Shown here in pieces: positions 37,833-49,870 of a stretch of 64,000 bases of DNA. The DNA is from Moniliella sp. 'wahieum' (lineage: Eukaryota). Where the stretch lies: assembly GCA_003971905.1 (NCBI GenBank), contig RSEE01000073.1, positions 186,001 through 250,000 on the forward strand, in the 5' to 3' direction. The position numbers were made by a program, and so were the translations under genes. The notes below the pieces were generated by a model that saw only the letters and a list, made by a program, of their open reading frames with translations, did not search any database and was not told the origin of the DNA. How positions within the stretch are numbered: the stretch's first letter is position 1; every line of letters begins with the position of its first letter.

Positions 37833-40289
37833 ATGGCCTCCCCCCCGGGCGCTGTGCCCGCCGCCACCCCGCCCGACGCGCCGCCGTCTGCTGCGCGGCG
37901 CAGTGGCCTGATGAGCGCCCCCTTTGGCCGCGCCAACCGGTACAGCGTCACCGCCCTCTACAGCCTCGCCGCCGAGCAGGATGTGGATGTGGAGGACGAG
38001 CTTGCGCGCACCCAGCGCCGCCTGCGCCTCCTCAAGGCCCGCATCTCCGCCCAGAGCAAGAGCAACTTTATGCTCGAGCGCGACGTGCGCTTCCTCGACT
38101 CGCGCATCGCCCTCCTCATCGCCAACCGCATGGCCCTGGACGAGCAGACCGACGTGGCCCAGACCTTGGAAGACCCAGACGTCCAGTCTGGCTACGCACT
38201 CGACGACCGCAAGACCCAGCAGTACGCCAACTTCTTCTTCCTCCTCCAGTCTGAGCCGCGCCACATTGCTGCTCTCTGCCGCCTCGTCTCGCTTGCCGAG
38301 ATTGACACACTGCTCCAGACCGTCATGTTTACCCTGTACGGCAACCAATACGAGAGCCGGGAGGAGCACCTGCTGCTTACCATGTTTCAAGTACGTCCCC
38401 CCCCTCCCTTCCTGCTGGCCGCGCGTTTGGGCTGACCTTGGTGTGTGCACCGTTCGCGCCCCGGGCTGCTTTGCTCGCTTGCAGTCTGTCCTCTCGGCCC
38501 AATTTGAGATGGCCACCGACTTTGGCTCCCTTCTCCGCGCCAACACGCCCGTGTCACGCATGATGACCACCTACACCCGTCGCGGGCCCGGGCAGAGTTT
38601 CCTCAAGCAAGTCCTCGCTGAGCGGATCAACAGCTTGATTGAGCACAAGGACCTGAACCTGGAGGTCAACCCGCTCAAGGTGTACGAGCAGATGATCAGT
38701 CAAATCGAAGAGGACTCGGGCAGTCTTCCGCCCAATCTACCGCGCGGTGTGCCGGCTGAGGTGGCGGCGGCCAACCCAGACGTGCAAGCGATTGTCGCGC
38801 CTCGCCTTACCATGTTGATGGAGATTGCTGGCAGTTTCTTGCAGACGATCATCAACTCGATCGAATTGGTTCCGTATGGCATCCGGTGGATCTGCAAGCA
38901 GATCCGCTCCCTGACCAAACGAAAGTACCCCGACGCTAGTGACGCCTCGGTCTGCTCCTTGATTGGCGGGTTCTTCTTCCTCCGCTTTATCAATCCGGCC
39001 ATCGTCACGCCCCAGGCATACATGCTTGTCGACGCCACTCCGGCCAAGCATCCTCGTTGCACGCTCACCTTGATTGCGAAAATGCTGCAGAACCTGGCCA
39101 ACAAGCCCAGCTACGCCAAGGAGGAGTATATGATTTCACTCAATCCCTTTGTCGAGGCCAACCACACGCGGATCAACCAGTTCCTCAATGCGCTCTGCGA
39201 CGTGGGGGACTTTTACGAAACGCTAGAGATGGACCAGTACATGGCACTGAGCAAGAAGGACCTGCAGATCTCCATCACCCTCAACGAGCTGTACAACACA
39301 CATGCGCTCGTTGCTCAGCACCTCGACGTACTCGCCCCGGGCGACAAGCACCATCTTCGGATCGTGGTGGATGAGCTGGGGCCTCCGCCGGCGCAGGTGC
39401 CGCGGAACGAGAACCGGAGCATTGAGCTACCACTGTTTAGCCGGTGGGAGACGCCGATCCAGGACCTGACCACAGCGCTCATGTCGGAAAACAATGTGAC
39501 CTCGAACGAGATTCTGTACATGGAGACCAAATCGCTCTTTGTGCAGATGCTGCGGATCGTGCCGGCTCTGGCCGAGCCACGACCGCTGGCACTGCAGTTG
39601 ATTGCCGAACGGGCGGCAACCAGCAAAGATGCAGCGATGGTACGCCGTGGGATCAAGGCCAAGGAGAGCTGCGAGAGCTGGAGGAACTCAAGATTGTGGA
39701 CCGGAGGGACGGGTATGCGCTCATGGCCGACGAGGTGGAGGCCGAGCTGGCTCACCTGGGCAATATGCGGGAAAAGATGGTGCAGGAGATGGCTTCGCTC
39801 GAGGCGGTGTACCGAACGATTGGCGAGCACAATGCGTATCTTCGCATGCAGTTTGACGCCTACCGCTCCTACCTCCACAATGTCCGCTTGACTTCCTCTG
39901 CCGGCAAGGACGGCAAGGCGACGGCCGCAGTGGGCGTGGGTTGCGTTCAATGGCAAGGAGCGGCGGGCGCAAAAGTCGTCGGCCCAAGGCCCTTACCGGT
40001 TCACCCATGCGCAATTGGAGAAGGACGGCACGATTGTAGAATCTTCCGTTCCCGAACCCGCCGGGCCAACATCTTCTTTGCCCTCTCCTCTCCCTCGCCG
40101 GCCGCGTTCCTGATTGCGCTCCACTACAAGGGGCGGGAGAAAGCGATCCTGGAAATGGATCTGAAACTGGACGATTTGCTGGAGAAGCAGAAGGACGAGG
40201 TGCAATGGCTTGATTTGGAGTATGTCAAACTCGATGTGGGCAAGGTGCTTCACCTGCTCAATCGGACATTTACCAAAAGGGGTCGGTAA
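37833..40289 (+). CDS. GAP1: Ras GTPase-activating protein (S. pombe Gap1/Sar1-like; RasGAP + RasGAP_C)
   Basis: SLLRANTPVSRMMTTYTRRGPGQ, VPYGIRWICKQIR, GGFFFLRFINPAIVTP (FLR motif), LIAKMLQNLANK, and C-term LKLDDLLEKQ..LDLEYV. Intron at ~38391-38483. Confidence 0.93.
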
Positions 40290-40841
40290 CCCCGATTTCC
40301 GATTTGGTTGTAGCGCCTTGCCCCTTTTGTAGGGACAAGAGGGGCGTGCCCATCTGTGTTTTGTTTGTTTTCCTTTGCTGTTGGCTCCTGATACCAGTCT
40401 CATCGACTCCCTCCCTACTGTCTCTCTTTCGCCCGCTTGTGCCCGGTGGTTGTACATTCATTCCCTCATCTCCTGCAAGCATCTTGTATAGCATGCGCCT
40501 ACACGCACACCAGCAAGCTCTCCTGCCCCCGGCCGCCTCCACCTCGCACCCCAACCTCGCCCCCTCCGATCCCTGCCTTGGCGTACCATTCGGAACGATA
40601 GACTGTAAAGGCAGGGCTAGATACACGTTGCCTGGGTTGGTGCTCTCAACGAAGAGCGTCCGATGTGGGCCCTGGCCTGCGGGAAACGTTCAACGCGCAG
40701 CCGCTCAACGTCAACCCCGCAATGGCGAACTGCAATGTTCACGTGCCATGCGCTCGGCGCAGCGGGTGACGTGGAGGGTGTGCGCCGGGGGGAGCGTGCG
40801 CTGCGCTGCGCTGCTGCTGCCGGCTGCCTCCACCGCCGCCG

Positions 40842-42004
40842 ATGAGCTCGATGGCCGCCGCCGCCGCCGCTGCCGATGTGTCCGCTGCCGCTGCCGCCGC
40901 CGATGCGCCGCCAGGCGTGTTCGTGTACGGCACGCTCACCCACCCGCTCATCCTCCGCCGCGTGCTCGGCCTCCCGCCCACCGAGCGCCTCGAAGTGCGC
41001 GCCTACCCTGCCCTCGCCCCGCTCCACGCCGTGCACCATGTGCGCGGCGAAGACTATCCTGGCCTTTCCCCGTCCGTCGCCTCCGTGGACGGCGAGCCGC
41101 TCCCCCCCGCCGCATGCTTTGCGCGCGGGCTGCTGATTGATGGTCTCACCCCCGAGCACCTGCGCCTGCTCGATGCGTTTGAGGCGGACGAGTACACGCG
41201 CGACGTGATCGACATTATCCTCCTGACGGCTCCACTCCCGTGCCCGACACGGCCTCCCCGCCCCGCCGCCGACCGAGGCTGACAAGGCGACGGAATCTCT
41301 GCTTGCTACGTTCCAGCTGCTCGACGTGGCTGCCTCTGCGCTCTCCATGGCCCCCGACAGCGCTGACGATCCCGACCTGCGCCGCACGGCCCAAGTGTAC
41401 CTCTGGACCGCTGGCGAGGACAAGCTGATCCCTTTGACCGAAGGCCGGGCGCACAGGGGCGCCTGGCGGCTCGAAGCGTTTGTCCAGCACAAAGTGGAGG
41501 AATGGACGTCAACAGCGGACGATAGCGAGCTCTTTACCGCTGTTGACCGACTGCGCTTGGGCCTGCCTGAGCCGGCGCCCGCGCCGCGCGCGCGGCGTAC
41601 GAGGACGACGATCCCTGGTCTTCCGGCCCTGGCGTTGGAGGCGACATCCCCGCTGCCGTGCGAGTCGCTGCAGCAGCCGAGGCTGGCGTCGACGACGATC
41701 CCTGGGGCACCCCACGTGCCTTCACGCCCGACCCGCATGGTCTGACAGCAGCCGTGGCGGCTGCTTCGGTCGCGGCGGCCGTGCCGCGTTCTTCCCTCGT
41801 CCCTCCTCTCACCCCGCCACCCCCGTCGGGGGAGGAAGACCTCGAGGCACATGCCGGATGGGGAGATGGCGCAGCGGAGCCCGAGGAGCACGAGGAACAA
41901 GGCGAGCGATTTGTCGATCCGGACGAAGACCATCGATACTTACGTTGGGCCATGCGATTCGTCACACTGGGCCTTTGCCGAGGGCTACACCAATCTTAAC
42001 AATG

Positions 42005-42042
<38 letters not shown>

Positions 42043-43441
42043 GTTTTTGGATACTGGGGTGAGGAGTATGTACTGACGCGCAACAGGTTCGTTTGGCGCG
42101 CCTCCCAAGGAAGTACGACACCTTTATCGCTCGATTCAGGAGGAGGTGGATGCAAATCCGGATCTGTTTCATCGTACTGCGTTCCCCCAGCAGCTACGCA
42201 CATTTTACCAACGCATCGCACCGCACCTGCACTGTGCGCCGGCAAACCTGTGCATGGTGCCCAACGCGACCACCGGCACCAATGCCATCCTGCGCGACTT
42301 TCCCTGGCGGGCCGGGGACGTGGTGGTGCTCACGAGTCTGGGCTACGATTCAGTGGAAAAGACAGTACGGTACGTGCAGGACAGCTTGACGCCTCGTCTG
42401 GGTGACCCGGCGCAGGGAGAAGAGGGCCAAGTGCCGCGCCTGGTCACCGTTCCGCTCGTGCTACCAATGAGCCACGATGATGGTGGCCAAGGTGGAGCAG
42501 GTGCTGGATAGCCTGCCCGCCGTCAGCCAAGATGATGGTGATGGATGCGGTGACGAGCAAGCCGGCGGTCCGAATGCCATGGGAGCGACTCTGTCAACTT
42601 GTCCGCCGCCGCGGGATCTTTTCCCTGGTCGATGCAGCGCATGGCATCGGCGCCATCCCAATCAACATTGAGCAGGCGCAACCGGACGCATTGGTCACCC
42701 TACCGAGCAAGTGGTGTTATGCGGCGCGGGCGGCCGCTGTGCTCTACGTCGCACCGGACCAGGCGGGCCGGGTGCCATTCAGCTCGGTCCCGACCAGCCA
42801 CGGGTACGTGCGCCAGGCGCAGCTGCAAGCGCTCCCGCCTGCCCAGCGCGCGCAGTCGTGGCAGGCGCAGTGGGACGATGCAGGGACGACCGACTTTGCC
42901 CACTTGCCAGCTGCGCTGGGCGGGCTGGACTTTGCCGAGACGCGCTTGGGCGGCCTGGAGCGCGTGCGCGCCTACACGACGTACCTCGCCCGCGTTGGTG
43001 GGCAAGCCGCGGCGCACATCCTCGGCACAGATACCTTGGATGGCGGCGACGCCGACTTGGCCGACATACCGATGGTCAATGTCCGCTTGCCACTCAACAA
43101 GGACGTCTGGGATGAGACGTGGATGCGGCCGGGCGGGGTGAACGACTATGTGGAGCAAAAGTTGCTGTGGTTCAAGACGACCATTCCGCTGTGCGAGTAT
43201 GTCCTGTTCTTCTGTTGGGGGCCTAGGAGGAGGAGGAGGGGGAGAGGAAGCAGAGGCCAAGCCAAAGCCAAAGGCACAGACACACAGGCAGAGCTGACCC
43301 AAACGTACCAGACACAACGGCGCACTGTATGCGCGCTTCTCGGCGCAGGTGTGGCTGGAGCGGGGCGACTTTGAGTACGGCGCGCGCGCACTCAAGGAAA
43401 TCTGCCGCCGCCTCAACGCAGGTGAGGCGCAGCTGGAATAA
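40842..43441 (+). CDS. Apparent fusion: AIG2-like gamma-glutamylcyclotransferase domain + linker + class V PLP enzyme (hercynylcysteine sulfoxide lyase Egt2-like)
   Basis: GGCT/AIG2 motifs: VFVYGTL, HHVRGEDYPGL, LRLLDAFEADEYTR, TAQVYLW. Egt2-like motifs: YTNLNNG/SFGAPP, MVPNATTGTNAIL, DAVTSKPAVRMPWERL, LVDAAHGIG, SKW (PLP Lys), YARFSAQVWLERGDFE..ALKEICRR. There is no intergenic gap between the two parts. Confidence 0.75.
42010..42040. repeat. (CT)n microsatellite inside an intron of the Egt2-like segment
   Basis: About 15 CT units after the GTAAG donor. Confidence 0.9.
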
Positions 43442-44128
43442 AACAACAGACTGCTCAGGACTGAGTGAGAGTGCGATCGCCTGGCTCCGCTTGCTGGGGG
43501 GTCGGGCGGGGGGGGTCTGGCCGCGCGCCAAGGGCCAAGGGGGAAGGGTCGAGCTACGGACTGGCCAGCGATTACGGTAGAGATGGCACGGTGGTGGAAT
43601 AGCATAGCTGATTCGGATGGGGATGGTGGGGCGTCAGTCGGAGATGGACATCGTAGGCAAGCGCCTTTATCTTCTTCCCGGGCAACTGTGGAGGATCATG
43701 TATCGTGCCTGCGTAGCCTCCCCCCCGCGCATCTGCCACTGGGAGCCGCAGGACCGTCGCCTGCCCGCGCGCTGATTCCGACCGTGCCGATCTGAAGACG
43801 GATGAGGGTCTGGCTCGGCTCCCTTCGCCTCCTGTTTAACGTCCAACATCATCAATGTACACCTCTCTATCTCCAGATACAGTACCGCTCCTCTGTGGGG
43901 CTACAAGCCTTGTGGGCGCGGCACGATCGCATGGATGGGTTACAGAGAACGGGGCCAAGGGTCAAAAAAAATACAAGGATGCAGGTAGCGACGTTGCCAA
44001 TGGCGGGGTGAGGATGTTGTGCGAGGTGCAAAGGTCATGAACAGGGAAAAGGGGAGGCGTGAGAGAGAAGGAGAAGAAAAAGGCAACCGGAAGCGGGAGG
44101 CGGGAGGCGGGAGAGGCGGCAAAGATGG

Positions 44129-45158
44129 CTAAAAGGTCTGGTAGCCAGCCTTGTTGGTTTTGGTGTGGGAGGTAGCTAGCAAGTGATGGGGTTTGGAGGT
44201 GAGCGAGTCGGACTCGGAGCCAAAAAAGACTGGGTCCTTGACTTGCCAGTTGGCCAGCTTGCTTCCGACGGAAAACTCGAGGTCTTCCCTGGTGATGTCG
44301 TCCCAGAACTTGTAGACCATCATGATGGCAAAGAGGATGGCGAGCGTGCCAAAGAAGAGACCGTCGACATAATGTTTGGTGCCTGTGCACACGTCCGTTG
44401 ACACGCCCAGCATCAGCACCAGCCCGCCGACGTAGAACACCGTGGCGCAGGCCAGGTCGCCCAGCGGCCAGAGCGTGTCGAGCGTGCGCAGCACAATCCA
44501 GATCTGGGTCACGAGCCAAATCGCAATAAAGATAACGGGTACAATGAGATGAACGACATAGAGCCCCACGTGGTGCTGCGGGTCGAGACTGCCTCCCCAG
44601 CCTTGAAATGTGGCGGCGGCAACGACAAAGCCGACGAGCCAGAGAAGCAGGGTCGAGGCGTACATGGAGAGGAGCGACTGCCGCGTCCCGTCCTCCCAGA
44701 ACTGAAAGCCGACAAAGCCGTTGGCCATCAGGCACCAGCTCAGCGCAAGCACCAGCCCCACGTGCACCGCCACGATCCATACGTACGCGCCCGAGTAGGT
44801 GGGGATGATGGCCGAGTCGAGGAAGATGCCGAGCACCTCCTCGACAAGGTAGAGGCAGAAGAAGAGGCTGATCTCGCGGCGGCCGACAGCGGTGTACTTG
44901 GAGCGGATGTGGTAGAGCATGATGGCGACCATGAAGAAGGCAAAGATGTGGATGACGCATGTGGCTGGGGGGGGGGGGTCAGTGGGGGGCGGGGGGGGGG
45001 GCGAGCGACGCACCGCACTGGAAGACGAGGGTGGAGCCGAGCTGGACGCTGCGCGCATAGCACGTGGGCACGATGCCGGCGTCCGAGTTGAGCAGCGGGC
45101 AGGGCAGCAGCGCCACCTCGTGGCACAGGCCGGTGTAGTTGCCCACCTGGAACGGCAT
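44129..45158 (-). CDS. CHS7: Chitin synthase export chaperone Chs7, copy 2 (intact)
   Basis: MPFQVGNYTGLCHEV...; intron 44965-45013; IMLYHIRSKYTAVGRREI, ANGFVGFQFWEDGT, HYVDGLFF, MMVYKFWDDITREDLEFSVG; multiple TM segments. Confidence 0.93.
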
Positions 45159-46043
45159 CGAGGCGGTGGCGGGCGGGCGTTGCTGCGGCGGATGGGCGGG
45201 GGGGGGGTTCCTGTTACCGGTTATGCATTATGGCGTTTGCTCGCCCCGCCACGCCGGGGCCCCGCCGACAGCACGACCCCCCCGCACAGCGCCTGTCTGC
45301 CCGCTGCGGCGCCCTCCCGCACCCCCTGCAGCAACGCCGCTGGGGTGGGGCGCCTCGCATGCAGTTACGTAACCACGCCCTTGCTGGTGCTGCCTATCTA
45401 CTGATCTACTGGTGTTGGGATCCACATTGCCCTGGGAGACTCCCATCCAGATGTATACCAAGGTTCGGGTCGAGACAACCGTGCCATCTGCCATCATGTT
45501 GATGGACGGATGAATCGACGATGCCCATACATTCATCCTGTGTTACGGTCGTGACTGGAGAGCATCTCAATGGTAACAGGAGTGTTGCGTGTGCAGTGTG
45601 CATGTTTCCCCCCTCGACTCTTCAGTGTGGCCCTTCGGCTCACTCCAACTACCTGAAAGCAACAAGGGAAAGAGGGAGGCTTGTAAACATATATCAATTA
45701 CCACATCCTGTGAGGCACACTAGAAGCAGGAAGGAGGATAGGTATAGGGCGAGAGGACGGTGTGGAGTGTGTGTGCTATTGCGCGCAAAGTTATCAAGAC
45801 GTGTGGGTACGGGTGGTGGTGTGGGTGAGGGCGGAGGGGGGTGCAGTGCAATCCATGCATCATGCCGTGGGGTGTCTCGTGGCGCATGGAAAGAAAGCAA
45901 TATTATCAGGACAAAAATGGAACAGAGAGAGGGGACTCGCCTTCTCCTCTCCCTCGGGTAGACAAACAGTGTTCCCCTCGCATCAACGGCAGTACCAATC
46001 TTCGCTTGCTGCTTGTGGGTATGGTGAGGGGGCGAGGGGTGGA

Positions 46044-47898
46044 CTAAGAGGAGGCATGGGTACTGGCCTCGGTGTCCACGTGTAAGTGCAGCGCCGGGAA
46101 AGAGGAACGCTTGCTGCTGGGCAGACGCAGGCCAGAGTCCCCCTTGGACAACGCGCGCTTGCGCCCACAAACCGGCTTGGTCCCTGTTGTAACCGTCTCA
46201 TTGCGGGAGCGCCGCACCATTGCATCTTCCTTGAACGAGGGCAAGCGACTCAGTGCGGCAGAACGTGCCATTGAGTGTTGGGATGCAAGCTTGGTTCCTC
46301 CGTCAGCTTCACAGTCACTAGGATTCAGCGAGGCGGGAAAGGACCAAGGCGGGGTAGGAAGGGAATGTGTGTTGAGGCCCAACGCGTTAGGTGGAAGAGG
46401 GCGAGAAGGCACAGTGTTCCTGCTCGTGTCCTGTTCCAAAGGAACAAGGGAGGAAGCTTCCTTGTTACAGAGCCGAGTCAATCCTTCTCCTCCTCCTTGA
46501 AGCGGAGGGAGGGAAGAGGAGTACTCTTGCTGACCCGTCAAGGTTGAGGGGACAACAGTTTGATCGAGAAACCCGCGCGGTCGCTCTACCGCGGGCGGGG
46601 GGTCAAGGGCTGGAATCGTAGGCGAGGGTTGCGATGTAGGTTGCAACAAAGCGAGGGTTAACGTTGAGGACGTGGGAATGTTGTATTGCCGTGCAGCTGT
46701 AAGAACAGCCGTGGTGCGTTGCACATTCTCGGGCTCGAGTGCGATCTTCTCGATGCAGGCTTTCTCCTCAAAGAGAGGGTACAGGTCGGTAAGAATATTG
46801 TACTCTTTTGCCAAGGCTTTGGCGCGTTCAAATTCGATCCTACGATCCATATATACAGACAGGTTGGCTTTCATCCGAACGATAGGGAATGGGGGGGGGG
46901 GACGTACCACACACCCTTGAAGAAAAGGGTGCCTGTCTTGACCACTCGTCTGCCTGGCTGGTGCTTCAAGAGACCATCGCGCTTGCCGCGGGTCAAGTGG
47001 CAGAGGTTGAGCAATTTGGTGCCATTGATCATATCGTTATCTGTGTTTGGGGTTTCAACGGTGCGTCAGTACATATCCTGTTCAGGGCAGAACCGACGAG
47101 CAAGTAGGGAACGGGGGCAGGTCGCGTACCGCACCGTCGGGCCACGATTGTGCCATGCACGCAGACTTGGAAACAAATCGTGCCTTCGTCTTGCCACAGC
47201 GTGGAAGAGAAGCGGGTGGAGTAGGGCGTGTTGAGAGAGACGAGGGCGCTGGAGCGCACCGGGGACTGGCTCTTGGAGGAACTGCTGGTGCTGCTTAGCA
47301 CCAGAGGGGATGGCTCTCCGCCCATGTCGTGGGCCAAGGCGTAGTAGCTCTCATGGGTGTCGGAGGAGCGGCGCAGGGGCAAAGGAAACAGTTCCTCCTC
47401 TTCCGAACGAAGCCACGAGGGCGGAGGGGGGTCGGAGGGACCGCGCTCCGGCAGCATGCCCTGGCTCAAGGGGAGGAAGGAGAGGGAGCGGGAGGCGGGG
47501 GCGGGTGCCATGCGGCTGCGGTGCTGAAGGCGGGGTACAAGTATGGCTGCGGGCGGCTGGGTAGGGTCCAGTGCTGTTGGGGCAGATGCTGCGGGGGTGT
47601 GGGTGGGGGACGGGCGCGGGGCGCGGGTGCGAGGGCGCGTACAGATGGGCAATGCCCGGCGGGGGCGGGGCGGGGTGGTCGCGGGCCAGGGGGGGAGGTG
47701 CTGGGCTGCAGCGTCGGTGACTTCCATTGGGAGAAGGCCGCGTGGCGGGGGGCGGGGGGCGGGATGCTGCTGTCGGGGGAGGAGAGGGACGGGGGGGAGG
47801 GGGGTGGAAAACGAGGTGCAGGTGGAGGCCGACTTCGCGGTGGGTTTATATGTTGTGGGGACTGCAGTGCATGCACGCCGCCTGCGCAAGAGGCGCAT
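46044..47898 (-). CDS. APSES (KilA-N) transcription factor, StuA/Efg1/Ust1 subfamily, divergent
   Basis: RFSSTLWQDEGTICFQVCVHGTIVARR / DNDMINGTKLLNLCHLTRGKRDGLLK..RRVVKTGTLFFKGVW / IEFERAKALAKEYNILTDLYPLF across two introns. The start codon is uncertain. Confidence 0.85.
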
Positions 47899-48734
47899 GT
47901 GGGAAGACGCCCGCCTGCATTATTGCCCGGTGCTTGTCGTCCACACGCCGCGGGCGTCTGCGCTGGCCGCCCTGGGCAGCAGGCCACTGTGGGCAGAGCC
48001 ACACGCGAGCTCTACGCACTGCAGCTCTCCGTCTGGATTAGCGCGATTCCCGCTTCCTCTGCTTGGGCTGGCCGACGCAGACCGCACCGCACAGCAGCAG
48101 CGCTGGGATGTTTGCCCTAGCCATTAACCATGATAGACCAGAGCCCATCACCATGCATTATGTGGTGTATCCCCCGGCTCCGTCCCACCTCGTTCTCTGT
48201 CCCAGGAAAAACAATCCAGGATCAAGTCTTTCCCGCCTGGGAGCAGATGAAGCTTGGAGCTTTGCGACCACATGGATTCTGTGCGTTTTGGTGTATACAC
48301 CCCACACAACAACGTTTTATGCTGAAGGTGCTGACGCGCTGACGCCAGAGGTACTTTGTTGCAAAAGCAATCGCCGCTATCGCCTCGCAGGCATGAGTTT
48401 GGCCAGCGCGGCACCATCTCGGCTTGGCGGGCAAGTGGCCAGAAAGAGTATGTGTGACAGGCGCATATATATAGGTCAGCGGACGGAAAGAGCACTGGGC
48501 GAGACAACGATGTGCATGAAGACAGTGTTGCAGCACCTTATATTGTTCCTGTGCACGATGCATGATGCATGATGCATGATAGCTCATCGCACAGCTGCCC
48601 TCTTCAGGCCGACTGGACACGCAGGCGGGAAAATGAAACTGCAACACAGCGGAAAGCGCCAAGGATGAATTCCGCCCGTCGCTTGGCCAGGTCCTTGGCA
48701 GAATGCCATCGCGCACCTGGATCACCACCACACA

Positions 48735-49510
48735 ATGGCCACCCACGGCAGCGTCTCTGTCCGGCATCGCCGCGAGATTCTGACCGAGGAGGAGGATGCT
48801 TCCATTGGGCGTCTGGGTCCAGGTACGCTTCTGTCCCCCTGGCTACGCAGTGCGGTCACTGCTTCTTTTCACCTCTCCTCCCCCCATTCCCGGCGCCGTC
48901 AAGCTGACCTTGTGACTGCACAGAGTTCACCGGCACCAGCTCCATCAGCGGCAGCGTCCAGCCACTGCTAATTTCCGAGGTGCGCCTCATTCTTCAGCAG
49001 CGCCAAGATGCCGAGGGGGCGGAGGGTCAGGCGGAGCGAGACTCGAGTAACCCGTGTGTTTCTTTTCCGATTGCTTCTGCGCGCGTCTGCTAACTTGCTT
49101 TGCAGAATCTACAAAAAGACGATGGATTACGTCGAGCTCTTCTCACGCTACAAGTCGCTTGATACTGTCAAGAGTGTTCGCGAGTAAGTGGTGTGGCGGT
49201 GGGTTCATCTGGTACTGACATTCCTGTTCCAGGGAGCACCTGCACGAGGTAACCGTTGAGGATCCCGACGACGTGATGGAGGACCAAGGCCTGGCCCTGA
49301 CCGGCTTTGAAGCGGTGCAATTGGCCGACTTGGCGATTGATAATGTGGAGGAGGCCAAGACATTGATCCCAACGTATGTCTTCCTCGTTCCTGCGGGTTG
49401 CGTGGTCAGGTTTACTAATTCTTTCTCCTTCAAGCCTGGCAAGCAAGGACGATGCCCAACTGAACACCTTGTTGCAGGAGTTGGTCAACGTGCGCCGGTT
49501 CCAAACATGA
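48735..49510 (+). CDS. RPB4: RNA polymerase II subunit Rpb4 (5 exons)
   Basis: EEEDASIGRLGP/EF, LLISEVRLIL, IYKKTMDYVELFSRYK, FEAVQLADL..DNVEEAKTLIPT/L, LNTLLQELVNVRRFQT*. Four GT-AG introns. Confidence 0.9.
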
Positions 49511-49870
49511 GCAGCAGTTGCCTTGTTTTCCCAATAGCCCCCGGTTTTCGCCTCTCGTGGGCAGAACTGTAAAATACATGTATTCTTTCTCAACCACTTG
49601 CCAATGTATTCTATGTAGTTCATCGGCGGCGATGACCGTCTCTGGTTGTGCGCCGCCCCGGCCAAAGCAATAACGACCAAGCGAGCGGCAGCGAAGGTGG
49701 TAGGACGTACTGGAACGGCGTGGTAGGTGCGGGACTTCGAAGAACCAAGTGTGAAATGTTCAAGTCCGGAGTTGCGTCTGGGTCCGGGGGGCGGAATATA
49801 AATGGGGACTTTCCAAAACGACATCAGCTTTTTTTTGCGTTGGTGAACTACGAGGACAACAACCACAACC

